Assembly: GCF_006345805.1 (NCBI RefSeq)
Contig: NC_043009.1
Span: forward strand, 36,022,001 to 36,086,000
Length of the DNA: 64,000 nucleotides
Direction: 5' to 3'
Origin: Octopus sinensis
Lineage: Eukaryota
Position numbers and translations under genes: made by a program. Shown piece by piece: positions 12,683 to 26,394 of the stretch (within the stretch, counting starts at the first letter, position 1; the number at the start of each line of letters is the position of its first letter). Below the pieces are notes generated by a model. The model was not told where the DNA came from. It made no database searches and was given only the letters and a program-made list of their open reading frames with translations.

Positions 12683-12760
12683 GCGGTACATATGTTTCGG
12701 GCCTTTATTAGACAGATTTATACCAATGCATAATGTATGTCTGTGGCCTTCTTCAGCCGC
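12683..12760 (-). ncRNA. Type I hammerhead ribozyme (left palindrome arm)
   Basis: Mirror of 13033-13110; core intact. Confidence 0.75.
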
Positions 12761-13032
12761 GCACAAACAGCTTCCACAAGGACATGTGTTACATCAAAAT
12801 TCTGGTTGGGGATGCAATCCTCTCATTCGCGTACGACATAATGCGGCAACAGCATAGAATTGAGCGTCCATCTCTTTCTTCTTCTCAATGTAATATTCTA
12901 CATTGAGAGAAGAAAGAGATGGACGCTTCAATTCTATGCTGTTGCCGCATTATGTCGTACGCGAATGAGAGGATTTGCATCCCCAACCAAGAATTTTTGA
13001 TGTAACACATGTCCTTGTGGAAGCTGTTGTGC

Positions 13033-13110
13033 GCGGCTGAAGAAGGCCACAGACATACATTATGCATTGTTATAAATCTGTCTAATAAAGGCCCGAAACA
13101 TATGTACCGC
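13033..13110 (+). ncRNA. Type I hammerhead ribozyme (right palindrome arm)
   Basis: GCGG CUGAAGA A GGCC-41nt-GGCC C GAAAC AUAU GUA^ CCGC; palindromic stem III ACAUAUGU. Confidence 0.8.
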
Positions 13111-13150
13111 TGAATCCTTGGCATCATGTTTTTATTTTGATCAATATATA

Positions 13151-13186
<36 letters not shown>

Positions 13187-13499
13187 TGTATTACATGTAA
13201 GTATTTACATGGAAAAGACCAAAGTGTACGTACACCGCTCTATTTATATAAAAAGGAATACCAAAAATGGGACAAGAACGCAAAACATCCAGACAGATGA
13301 TACAAAAAAAAGGACGGGTCATTCGAAGTTTTCTTTCTTCAGTCGAGTTCCAGATAATATGCTTGCATATCCATGTCCTGAGTTAACATAGGTAATTTCT
13401 ACCGGTTGTAATAACGGATATTCTTATTCTTTAGACGTTTCTTCCGACCGCTAACTCTACTTACCTATATATAGATGTATATAAGCACACACTAGCATA

Positions 13500-14345
13500 C
13501 AAAATATGTATATTTACAAATATCTATACATTCATGTTCAAACTCTATTAAACAACAACTATCCCAAAAGCATACTACCCACTCCAATTATGAAGAAAAG
13601 AGGGGATGAAACCAATAAACTGTCCACAGTCTGTTTACTCTATGTGAAAGGCCTCTCTGGAAAGATACAAAAGATATGCGGCCCATATGATATCAGGACA
13701 GTATTCAAAATAATACAACACTTCGCAAATATCTCCTTCAAGTAAAATCACCAATAGAAGAGAATATGACCAAAAACAGCGTGTACTCAATCCCATGCAG
13801 CTGTGGTAGTTTTACAAAGGCGAAACATGCTGCCCCCTCAAAATAAGGGTAGAGGAACATCATAAAGCTGTGACACGGGGAGATATTGATAAATCGGGTA
13901 CAGCTGATCATGTATGGAAAAATGGAGACCAATTACCTCTGTGGGAGGAAGTTAAAGTTATAGACAGAGAATACCGCTGGAAAATACGAAAATTAAGAGA
14001 AGCAGCACATATGCTAGGACACAACAACCTCCTAAGCAGACCGAGTGCAGATATGAATAGCATATAAAGGCGGCGAGCTGGCAGAATCGTTAGCACGCCG
14101 GGCGAAATGCGTAGCCGTATTTCGTCTGCCGTTGCGTTCTGAGTTCAAATTCCGCCGAGGTCGACTTTGCCTTTCATCCTTTCGGGGTCGATTAAATAAG
14201 TACCAGTTACGCACTGGGGTCGATGTAATCGACTTAATCCGTTTGTCTGTCCTTGTTTGTCCTCTCTATGTTTAGCCCCTTGTGGGTAATAAAGAAACAG
14301 ATATGAATAGCATATTGGAACTGGTATTAAGGAAGGACAGGAAAA
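13500..14345 (+). mobile_element. Penelope-like element 3' part: GIY-YIG endonuclease remnant
   Basis: LLYVKGLSGKIQKICGPYDIRTVF..VYSIPCSCG..GET..LKIRVEEHHKAV..ADHVW..RKLREA. Split by a SINE with an 18-bp TSD. Confidence 0.85.
14066..14297 (+). mobile_element. SINE family B (GAGCTGGCAGAATCGTTAGC head) with 18-bp TSD
   Basis: CAGATATGAATAGCATAT at 14048-14065 and 14298-14315. Confidence 0.9.
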
Positions 14346-14382
14346 TATTAGATTTATAAGACCTAAAATTCACTCCAATTGA

Positions 14383-14449
<67 letters not shown>

Positions 14450-15251
14450 CTTAGGAATGAGAACCCAGGTTCGAATTGTTAACAACAAACATGATGAGGA
14501 CAAATATCCGTCAAATGTAAATAAGGTGCATAATTCCTCATCTCTTAAATATAGGAAAGTTAATTTTATTTTATTCCTTTAAATTTATTAGTGTTATATT
14601 AATAATTGTGAAATGACTGGCCTTACATTATAAGTATGAAATTCTATCTATCAAGTATTTCCATTCTTCATCTTATATCTGTAACCGTATATTCTGCAGT
14701 AGTTGTATTACTTTTCCATTTTGCACCCAACACCTAAATTCTCTTCTATTCATTCTTGTTCTGCTAACTTAAATATCTAAGTTACCTTTTATTTCTACAC
14801 CGTTTTTGTGACATGATCCAAAACCTATAATTTTATCGTAATACTCATCTTCTTTTTTTTTTATTCTGCTATTTGATATCTATAAATTATTATATCTCTT
14901 CTAGCTGCAACTCTGCTTCTATTTGATAGACCATATTTAAAACAGAATTCTGCAATGATTTCCTACTTAGAAACAAGAATAGATGCTGACATTTGGTGGT
15001 AAATTATGCTTCATACACCTGACTACTCATATTTACGGCTTTTCTGAGAGGATAATAAATAGAGTGACCTCTGCTGAAATTATAAACTTATAATTTTAAA
15101 AATTGAAACCAAATTATAGACTTGAGTACAATTTTTGGAACTTTCCTATTCGCAAAACTTTATGCACCTTGACATCGATGATCCTTTGGTAGATATCTAC
15201 CCCTACGGTTGCTGTCTTTATTATTATTAATAAAAATATTTATTATTATTA

Positions 15252-15809
15252 TTGAGTGAGAGAGCAGGGCATGCCATCAAAGTGACACTGGGGTAAAATA
15301 TACGAAGCCCAATATACCCATCATGACTACCCGTTGATAAGGGTACACCAGGCACATGCATCACAACCATATGTGCGCGACATGGTGATCTCATAACAAG
15401 ATAAACAGCGCATGACCTTGCGGATGGGGCCCAGTTAGAATTTTCTTCTGGTTGGGTAACCCATCCCACTCAAAAGGTCCCTGATTAAGGATTGTTTAAG
15501 GATGTTGAACGAACCACCCATGTTTCCAGAGGTGAGTTATTCAAACCCCAAAGAATCCCTCTCAACACATGGCTATGATGTTCCCCCACTACTTCTACTC
15601 GTGATCAGAGATGCACATATCGTCAGCCACTAAGGGACATGCTCAACTGGTTACGGTGAAACAACTGACAAGCAAATCTGTGGTATTGAGCAGAATATTT
15701 GCTGTAGCCCATCTTTTATACCAAGACAAAACAATGTACATGATAACACTTCCAGTTAGTTAAGATCAGAAGCCATGAGAGCCACTGCATCAGGGCATTA
15801 GGTACTGCA

Positions 15810-15825
<16 letters not shown>
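15252..15825 (+). mobile_element. Non-coding retroposon family D (about 600 bp, flanked by (ATT)n)
   Basis: High identity to 23984-24460 (+), 16640-17050 (-) and 34072-34290 (+, partial). Confidence 0.8.
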
Positions 15826-15858
<33 letters not shown>

Positions 15859-15866
15859 TACTACTA

Positions 15867-15901
<35 letters not shown>

Positions 15902-15949
15902 ATACTACTACTACTACTACTATTATTATTATTATAATGTCCATTTTAC

Positions 15950-16497
15950 TTCTCAGAGCTCTCGACGTTACTTGTTCCGGTTAATTCTGTATGAACTGAC
16001 AGCAACCTGTTGTCAAAGAGTTTACAAGGTTCTTTCGATGATACTTAACATCCAAGTACCAATCTGAAATCCAATAGAGCAGTTTTGTAGGCATATTCTA
16101 CCCTCATGTCAATCCCAATTTCTCAAACATGTTCCTCAAACCTGCTTGTTAATGCTCCTAGTGCCTTATTTTCTACTACTTTGGCAGGTTTATATTTCCA
16201 CCAGTTCTTTTCCTACAAGATTCCAGAATTGTAGTATTTGATCCAGTGCAAATACTGGCCAAGCCTACTATGGCGATTAATATATCCATTTGAGGTTAAC
16301 ACTGAGAGTCCAAAGATAGGATGGTCAATTATTTCTCTGGGATGAGAGCTACTCTCTTCATTGCCCACATTTGTGCAATTTCGTCTTTTAATAGCTTCTA
16401 CTTTTCAATCTTTTCCAGCTCTTCGTCACCAATACGTGCGTCCCTAAGTATAGCAAAATTTATCATCATAGTTTCTTTCTTCCTTTTATCCACAAAA
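15950..16497 (-). mobile_element. RLE-type LINE 3' fragment
   Basis: VDKRKKETMMINFAILRDARIGDEELEKIEK..LKDEIAQMW resembles the restriction-like endonuclease C-terminus. Confidence 0.65.
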
Positions 16498-17325
16498 AAG
16501 AAGAAGAAGAAGAAGAAGAAGAAGAAGAAGAAGAAGGAGAAGGAGAAGGAGAAGGAGAACAAGAAGAAGAAGAAGAAGAAGAAGAAGAAGAGAAGAAGAA
16601 GAAGAAGAAGAAGAAGAAGAAGAAGAAGAAGAAGAAGAAATGCTCTGATGCAGTACCAGGCACTGGGTCTCATGACTTCTGATCTTAACTGATTGGAAGT
16701 GTTATGTTATATTCAGCTCAATACCACAGATTTGCTTGTCAGTTGTTTCACCTTAACCAGTTGAGCATGTCCCTTAGTGGCTGAGAGTATGTGCATCTCT
16801 GATCTCGAGCAGAAGTAGTGGGAGAGCATAATAGCCATATGTTAAGTAGAATTCTTTGGGGTTTGAATGATTCGCCTCTAGAAAGATGGATGTTTCGTTC
16901 ATCATTCTTAAACAACTCACTCAAGGACCTTTTGAGCGGGATGGGCTACTCGACCTAAAGAAAATTCTAACTAGGCCTCAACTGCAAGGTCATGCACTGT
17001 TTATCGTGATATAAGGCAACCATGTTGCGTCTTGACACTTTACACCTATTGTGAAAACCGTTTTCCAGTTCATCATTCTGTTTTTGAAGAAATAAAAATA
17101 TATCACATTATTAGATGCCCCGACCATCTTCGGGTATTTTGAATCTGCGAGTTAGTAACCATATCCTATACCTTCTTGTAGTCAATTTAAGCAATTAATA
17201 AGCTTGTCAGTCTTCGAGAGTTACTCAAAATTGACACTTCTATCAGCAACTAATCCTTTATTCCTCTTGATCCGGTCCTGCAGCCCTTCTGTTCATCTTT
17301 CACCCCATCATCGTCGTCATCATCG

Positions 17326-17364
<39 letters not shown>

Positions 17365-17367
17365 CAT

Positions 17368-17408
<41 letters not shown>

Positions 17409-17409
17409 G

Positions 17410-17457
<48 letters not shown>

Positions 17458-17709
17458 TATTATTATTATTATCATTAAGGAGGTGAGCTGGCAAAATCTT
17501 TAGCATACTGGGCAAGATGTTTAGCAGTATTTCATGCGTCTTTACGTTTTCAGTTCAAATTCCGACCAGGTCGACTTTGCCTTTCAACCTTCTGGAGTCG
17601 ACAGATCAAGTACCAGTTGAGTACTGGGGTCGATGGAATCAACTATCACCTCCTCCAAAGTTCAGGCCTCGTACTATAGTAGAAAGGATTGTTGTTGTTG
17701 TTGTTGTTG

Positions 17710-19690
17710 TTGTTATTATTATTGTATGTTTGACATTTGCTTTGTATTTGTACAAGTTGGACTCAAGTCTCACCCAGAGACCTCAAGAAACAACAGGTTA
17801 GAATTTCATGTTAGTGTTATGCCTAGGGTGTCATATATTTCGTTTTGCACACATTATTGTTATAGAGAATGTTTAAGAAAACATAACAAATTAAGTATTT
17901 GTTTTAAAATTTGAGATTACATAGACAGTAGGGTATAGACAGTTCCCACGAGCACTATCCTTTGAATTTCTGCCATTTTGGGGTTTCCTGGTATCTGAGC
18001 TAGGTAGGAATCAGCCCCTTTTTCTATTGTTCCTAGGGCGCCTATGACAACAGGTATTGTTTTAGTCTTCAGGTTCCACATTTAACCAATTTTTATTTCA
18101 ATATCTTTATACTTGTTCAGTTTTTAGTAGGTCTTGGCAGATACGATTATTTCGATTGGGACAGTCATATCAATGAGGAGGCATGATTTTTGTCTGAAGT
18201 CTTTCAATATAATGTCTGGCCTATTTGCATCTATCTTTCTGTCAGTTTGAATGGTAATGTTCCAGAGGAGTGAGATGGGATGATTTTCAAGCACTGGAGG
18301 TGGTTTGCGTTTCCACCAGTTTTTATGATAAGGCAGGTCCAGGTTTTTTCAAATTACTGAGTGAATATATTGTGCTGCTCTTTTATGCTTGTTGAGACAT
18401 TTTGTAGGGCCAAGAAAACTGCACATGGAGACAACATGAGCAATCGTTTCCATTTGTTGTCGGCATAAACATGTTGGGCTACAGCTTTTCTTCAGTATGA
18501 TAGCCTGGTAGTTCCTTGTAGGTAGGCATTGATCTTGGGCTGCTATGATAAACCATTCTGTTTCTGATTTTAAGCCAGAAGATACTAACCATTGATGTAT
18601 AAGGGCTTTGTCAGCATCGGTACTATTAGCTCTCTCTGTGTGTTTGCCATTTGAGGAGTTTTTCTTGCCATTTATTAGTAAGAATATCTAAGGCAGTCTG
18701 TTTTAGCTGGGGTTTTCATACGCTTAGATTTTTCTGTGCTTGTTTCTAGTACGTCTAATTCTGGAATTTGTTGTATTTGGAATTAACTTAGATGTTCCTT
18801 TGCCTGTTTTGTTACTGAGTATATTACTGAGAATGTCATAAAAGAGTTCGAACCAGCGGAGAGCTACAAATACCTACGGATATTTGAAGGAGACGAAATC
18901 AAACATTTAGTTTTCATACTTTGAGACATTTTTAACATCCAGTCATCAAAGTTTTTCAGGTAGGTGTCTAGGCCAATTGTGGCAATCTTCATTGTTAATC
19001 CCAGTTGTAAAAGTTCACGGCTACCCTCTTTCCTTGGCAGGTAAAGTCGTTTTATATCTGCTTTAGGGTGGTGTATTTTATGCATTATCAACAATTTTCG
19101 TATTTTTCTGTCAAGATTACATATTTTAGTAATTCACCAGTTAATGATATTGAAACTGTAAGTCACAACCGGTATGGCTAAAGTATTGATCGGTTGGATC
19201 CTGTTTCTTGCATTCAACTCTGTCTTGAGTATTGCCCTTAACCTGCGATAACATTCTTTTCTGATCCTTTCCCTCATCATTAAATGTTTGATTTCGTATC
19301 CTTCAAATACCCGTAGGTATTTGTAGCTCTCCGCTGGTTCTAACTCTTTTATGACATTCAGCTAGTCAAGATTAACGTTGGATGTTTCTGTCATTTTTCC
19401 TTTGATAAAGTTAGCTTTTGCACATTTATCGAGGCCAAATTGCAACCTGATGTCATCACTGAATTGTTTAACAATTGCTAGTAAGCCCTGTGGTAGTCGG
19501 TCATTTTTTTTAAAGTGCTTTAAATTACCCGTGTAAATGAGATGATTTATATTTCAATCGAACATTTTATAGCCGTATTGTACATCATCGAGCAATTTCG
19601 AGAAAGGTATTAAAGCTAGACAAAAGAGGAATGGTGATAGAGAGTCATTCGGGAAAATGCCAGATGAAATTCTTACATTCGCATTATTAT
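17710..19690 (-). mobile_element. Degenerate R4/Dong-clade (RLE) non-LTR retrotransposon
   Basis: Minus strand reads GIFPNDSLSPFLFCLAL..FGLDKCAK..YKYL..RLYLPRKEG..AAQDQCL..NRPDII..LIDM..KYKD..IPVVIGALG. Ends in an (AAC/AAT)n tail. Confidence 0.85.
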
Positions 19691-19695
19691 TGTTG

Positions 19696-19735
<40 letters not shown>

Positions 19736-19752
19736 GGTTGTTGTTGTTGTCA

Positions 19753-19801
<49 letters not shown>

Positions 19802-20080
19802 CATCATGATCATGATCATCATCATCATCATTATTATCATTATTATTATTATTCGGGAGCCAGCTGGCAGAATCATTAGCACGTTGGGCAAAATGCTTAG
19901 CCATTTTTCGCCCGTCTTTACGTTCTGACTTCAAATTCCATTAAGGTCGACTTTCTCTTTCATCCATTCGGGATCGATAAATTAAGTACCAGTTGGGCAT
20001 TGAGGTCGATGTAATCGACCTAACCCCTCCCCCCCAAATGTTTGCCCTTGTGGCAAAATTTGAAACCATTATTATTATTA

Positions 20081-20133
<53 letters not shown>

Positions 20134-20179
20134 TTATCTTTATTGATGATGATGATCATCATCATCATGATTGTGATCG

Positions 20180-20480
20180 ACACAATGAGTGGTTTACGTT
20201 GGACATAGTACATAAACGAATACAGATACAGTTGAGATTTCGTTCGACTGAAAACGAAAATATATTGCAAGAAAATATCAACAAGGAAATTGGAGCAACT
20301 ACCATGGGTAATTGGTAATTTGAAATATTCCAAGTTTACTCTGACGTACCAAACGCAAATTTACCTTCACTTCGGCGCCATTTACAGTCATCTTTCATAA
20401 AATTTTCTGAAATGCACCATTTCCTTCGCTTTCCTGTGCAATTTATTTATAGTAGTACTTGAAGAAGTTAATGAACGTTT
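20180..20480 (-). mobile_element. Possible Penelope-like linker fragment
   Basis: EYFKLPITHGSCSNFLVDIFLQYIFVFSRTKSQL resembles the PLE LPY.G.S..L linker. Confidence 0.35.
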
Positions 20481-21174
20481 TGTACTCAAACATGTTTTAT
20501 GGACATTTTTTTTTTTACATAATCACCCGTGAAATAACCTGTTTTATTGCTTAGAATATATTCCTATACCGTTTTCGTCTTTTATGCCCTTATCTTCAAA
20601 TTCGTTTCATTTTATATCGTCTCTTTATTTATTTATTTTTTTTTTTTTTTTGCTTTCTTATATTCGGTTTCCAGGCAAGTGGGATATATATTTTATTCTA
20701 TTCTATTTTATGTTTCTCACTTAACAGCTACGCAATAATTCTACTTTTAAAATTCCGAGAGAGCAGATACATCTTTCATAACTTCTATTCGCTTTTTATT
20801 TTCATTTGTTTTTGGTTGTTTTTTCTTTTTACTTTATCCTGTTTGTTTTCGCTTTTTGTATCTCTTTTGTTTTATATTTTGATCATTGTATGATGAATAA
20901 TATCCAAGGTGGTTTTATAATGGTTTGTGCTGATATATTCGGCAAGATGAAATTTTTTGCTCATAATACTCCATAATGTCTTTTTGAAGAGCAGTCACAT
21001 TGGCCAATTCCTTAATATCTTTATTCTTATTTATGACAACGATTTCCAGAATCACTTTTCAGACATTAATTCTACTCACACTAACTTACTTAATTTATAT
21101 CTTGTACTTTATTTATTTATTTTTTAAATTTATGTTATACAGTATTCGTTCGAAGTGACTCATTCGCTATTCAA

Positions 21175-22030
21175 TAGTCAGAAATTTGGAGGAAGAGGGG
21201 CAGTCGACTAAATAGATCTGAATACTAGAGTGGCAGTTTATTTTATCGACCCTGAACAGGAGAAAGTCGAAGGGAAACTCAGAATGTAATGTGCAAGAAT
21301 AACTGTTACAAAGCATTTTCACCGATGTTCTGACGATTTCGCCAGTTCACTGCCCTCTGTTTCTAACATAGGCACAAGGCCAGAAATTTGATTGGGAAGG
21401 GTGACGAGTTAGTCGATTAAACTAATCAGAGTAACTGACATGAAATTTGTTTTTATCGACCCGGTGGAATAAAAGGCGAAGTTAAACTGAGCGGAATTTG
21501 AACTCAGGGTGTAAGAAGTTGGAAAAAATACAACAGAATATTTTGCCTGACGCTATATTGATTCTATCAATCCACTTTTATGATAGTAGTAGTAGTAGTA
21601 GTAGTAGTAGAAGTAGTAGTAGTAGCAGCAGTAGTAGTAGTACACGGGCCCCCATCGTACTTGATGGATACTTATTTGGTCGACCCCAAATTCCGTCCCT
21701 CGGCGGAATTTGAAATCAGAAGGTAGAGACTTGGAAGAAAAGTTGCAAGGCTATTTGTATGACGCGCAGACGATTCAACCACCTGGCCGCCTTACTAATA
21801 ATAATAATCCTTTCTACTATTGGCACAAAACCTGAAATTTTGCGGGAAGGGATAAGTGGATTACATTGATACTCCCCACCACCGCAACTCACTTGTACTT
21901 ATTTTATTGACTCCGGAAAGATGAATGGCAAAATTGATTTCAGTGGCATTTGAAATCAGAATGTAAAGCCGGATGAAATGTCGCTAAACATTTTGGCCGG
22001 CGCGGTAACGATTCCCAGTTCGCCATCTTA
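21175..22030 (-). mobile_element. Cluster of four diverged SINE family B copies in tandem
   Basis: Repeated GTCGA..TTTATCGACCC..GAAAGG..GCGGAATTTGAA blocks separated by (AGT)n/(AAT)n. Confidence 0.7.
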
Positions 22031-23927
22031 ATAATAATAATAATAATGTACGCATATGACACACAATCTATGTATAGGTATAGCTGCACATTTAAATAGC
22101 TATGCATAATTCAGTGCATTTTAATACCTAAGTAATAGCAAAATTGACTTTTTACTTATGAAACAAGTGTATCATTTTCATTACTCCTTTATTCTTAAAA
22201 ATATTAACAACGAATGCCTTATATGTTACGGAGGTGGAGGAAAACAGATGTAAGTGAAAACTGACCATTTTTATATAACTATTTTTAGGCCTAATGAATC
22301 GTTTTCGTCATATTTTCAGACTTTTGTGGTGTCTAAATAAGCTGCTATACACAGTTCAGTTCAAATCGAATGTGATAAATTATATAGAAAATTTTCCTAG
22401 AAATAAAACAAACGAAAGATATTTTGGCCTTCTAACAGGATGAACTTATCCTTCGGCTATATATTTCTAAAATATCATTCCAGTAAAATAGGTGCACTGA
22501 AGAAGAAAAATTGAAAATGTTTAAAAGGAGATAGATACAATTTCTGAAAGAAAAGCAAAATGGCTAGATCTGAGCAATTATCTTCATCATTGAGCGGTGA
22601 ATCAATGAAGGACAGAAATTTCTATTTCTGAAAATATAATCATCTTAATGCAAAGATGATTACACATTATAATTTGGAAATCTTTATTAATCATACATCA
22701 TAGAATTATCACTTCCTAAAGTGCAATACCTTTATTAATGAGAACTAAACCAAAAACTCCTCAACGACTGACCGATGTGTTTGGAAGGAAAATTTGTGCT
22801 TTTCCCAAGACTAATTAGACTTAAGAAAAACTCTCGTTTTGAATGGTCTCAGATAATAAAGATAATGTCGTAAGCAATAAATTTACAGATATAAAATATA
22901 CTAAAACTATTACCACTAAGATCATTAGACACGTGAAGTTGTATTATATATTTATATCAGCATGTTCTACTCATGGAACAAAGTTGCTCGATATGTTAAT
23001 TTATAAAACAAAATTAACTTAAAGAACTTTGACCCAACGATGTCATGTTAATGATGAGAAGTGGATGAAAAGGAAATAATACTTTGGTTTAAAAACAAGT
23101 TGAGGTACACGTTCAAGAGTACTTAAAAATATCTTTTTCTATTTGTCTAAGATTCCTCTAGAGCTCACAAGACAATCAAAAAAGCGAAGGAAACAACTCA
23201 ATCGGTTATTAGACCCCGCAGTTTAAGTTACTTGCAACCGCTCAGTATTTCTATAAATAACACTTTTGTTCTAACAATAAACTCTTTATTGCATTAATAA
23301 ACGGTTTATTCTAAGTAACCCTTTAAAATTTTAATGAGAGAAAAATGAAAAACTGTATACAGCAGGAAGATTTTACTATGATCCTCAACTGGGTGAAGGA
23401 AAAGATTGAATTGTTCAGGCGTGCATGTAGGGGAAGAATTCATGAGATAAAGTAAGAAAAGACAACCGGATGGTTATAAAGAGCTTCATACCGCCTATTT
23501 CCGATCGGGAAGGGCATCTTGTTTTCTCCTTCTGGTAACTATGACAAAAGAGGTTGTATACTAAACAAGATTAAAAGGACTGATGACTGAAACTTTCTTC
23601 TTAGGCCAAGTTCTCTTTCTCTTCTGCTGTTCCATTTGCGAGGCTGGCAAAACGGAGATATTGCAGTAAATTTTCTGAAATGTCTGAGTGACGAATATGT
23701 TCTGATAGAAAGGCCCTACCCTTAACGTGAGCCTGAGCAGCACAGCTAGGACAGAGAGCATGTAGATAAGGGTAGATCTCAATTCTCTGATTCTTCCTAA
23801 TATCTCTCTGCTGGAAGGGTTTATGTCATATGTTTGTATTTTTTTCAGGCTTGGTTAGCAGCCCACTGTTTTAGTAATCTGGTCTCTTACTGTTCAGTCA
23901 TTCGTCATCCCCCTGGCAAATAAAGAA

Positions 23928-23983
<56 letters not shown>

Positions 23984-23984
<1 letters not shown>

Positions 23985-24460
23985 GAGTGAGAGAGCAGTG
24001 AATGCCAACAAAGTGACACTGGGATAAAATATACGAAGCCCAGTATACCCATCATGACTACCCGTCTGATAAGGGTACACCAGGCACATGCATCACAACC
24101 ATATGTGCGCGACATGGTGATCTCATATCAAGATAAACAGCACATGACCTTGCAGGTGGGGCTCAGTTATAATTTTCTTCTGGTCGAGTAGCCCATCCCG
24201 CTCAAAAGGTCCCTGAATAAGGATTGTTTAAGGATGTTGAACGAACCACCCATATTTCCAAAGGGGAATTATCCAAACCTCCAAGAATTCCTTTCAACAC
24301 ATGGCTATGATGCTCCCCCACTACTTTTGCTCGTGATCAGAGATGCACATATCGTCAGCCACTAAGGGACATGGTCAACTTGTTACGGTCAAACAACTGA
24401 CAAGCAAATATGGGGGTATTGAGCAGAATATTTGCTATAGCCCATCTTCTATACCAATTG
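23984..24460 (+). mobile_element. Family D copy
   Basis: GAGTGAGAGAGCAGTG..TGACACTGGG..TATACGAAGCCC shared with 15252-15825. Confidence 0.8.
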
Positions 24461-24528
<68 letters not shown>

Positions 24529-24662
24529 ATATTTTTCTTATTTAAGGTTTATTGTTACTGTTTTTGTAATTGTTTACACATTGTTTGGTGTAAAACGTCC
24601 ACTATCCCCGTCTACTGTATTGTCTCCTGGTGGTCAATAAATGAAATTATTATTACTATTAC

Positions 24663-24730
<68 letters not shown>

Positions 24731-26347
24731 TCCAATTTTGTGTAGTTTACACCACACAAATTGTAACCTTTCTTTGAAATCCGCGCTTACTCTGACGTCC
24801 CTATAACAAATGAAAGAAATCCTTATAATTACTATTATTACGGTCATCATCACCATTATTACCACCATTGTCTAATTTGCTGTTATTTCTGTTGTTTCGC
24901 AAACTCAGTAATAATTATTTTCAATTTATGTCTGAATGTATTTCCAGCATACTTACTTATTAGATTTTCTTATTCTTCACCACCACTGCCACCACTACCA
25001 CTTCTACCATCGCACTCGTTCTTCACAAATTAACACCCACTCTCATTAAATCTCTCCTACCCTACACCATACATGTTCTAAAACAACTATTATCATTATG
25101 TATCTATATGTTTTCATTTCATCTAATTATTTTTTCAGCATATTAGACATTTGAAAGAGAAAAATTTATCTTGGATGAAACAAAAAAATAAAAAAAACAG
25201 TAAATTAATTTTCGAAAAAGTAAAAATCCTCTACTGAAATTTTAATTGTATCCGTATCCATTTTTTCAGGTACTTTTATTCTTCTGATGCATTTATTTAA
25301 TAATGTATTGTATTTAATTAATTATTTTTTTTTAATTTCTTCGGCAATAAACTCTCCTTTCTGTTATTAATTACAAACCATTTATTTAAATCTAATAGAG
25401 TAGTCCTTAGTGTTTTGGAAGGCGGCATCAATTGTTGAAGAGAAATTAAAACAGAAAAACCAAAAAAAATTGTTCTGATTTAAATCATGCGCACATGCAT
25501 GTATGTATATACATGTATACATACATACACACACACACATATATATATATATAAACTTTTTCTTAAGTAACATATACGCATATATATATATGTATGTATA
25601 TATATATACCAAGATTTCCCCCAACAACGAAAGATAATTTTTAATTTCGCCAACATTCGCTAGCAATTACCACTAATGGTTTCTTTCGCCAAAACAAACT
25701 TTGAATCTGTTCTAGGAATTTTCCTTCTACGACATTAGAGCACCACCTACGTAACTTCTCTTGGTTCATGCCGAGTTACAACCTTTAGCTCCGTTCGACA
25801 TAATTTTGAGGTTTTGTTTTGGATTTTGCTGATTTCAACAATGTGATTTAATTATTAAATTGTTTGTTCTTCTTATTTGTTGCTGTTGTTGTTTTTGTTG
25901 TTGTTGTTGTTGTTGTTTTTGTTGTTGTGCTGTTGACATAACATTCTGATATTGTTACACTTGTTCAACTCTAGGAAAGAGTCTGATCGAGCCTACCTCT
26001 CCACCAAAAGTGTTTAATCTGTGTACAGCCTGTAATATTGCATATCATGGGCCACATTGTACTATTTCTCCTTCCTTCTTCAAAACTTGAGGGAGATGCG
26101 GCTGCCATTTTGTGGAGTGGTGATAGAGGTAGAAATCGGGGTGGTGGTGAGTAGATGGTCAGTAGTACTAGTGGTGATGTGATTGAGACTGTGGGACTGG
26201 CGGTGGTGGCAGTGATTGCAGTAGGGGTACTAGCAGTAGTAGTTGTTGCGCTGGATTTTAGTAGTAGTAAGAGTAGTGGGACTGATAGTGCCAGTGCTAG
26301 TGGTGGCGGCGACAGTAACAGCAGCGGCAGCAGCAGCACCAGTAGTA

Positions 26348-26394
<47 letters not shown>

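Larger units (their letters stand above)
12648..13145. repeat. About 500-bp fold-back palindrome with an HHR on each arm
   Basis: Arms of about 245 bp are reverse complements; spacer ATATTC at 12893-12898. Confidence 0.95.

Noticed and set aside
23575-23610. CTGATGA-CT-GAAAC as an HHR
   Set aside because: No stem II and no stem I pairing.
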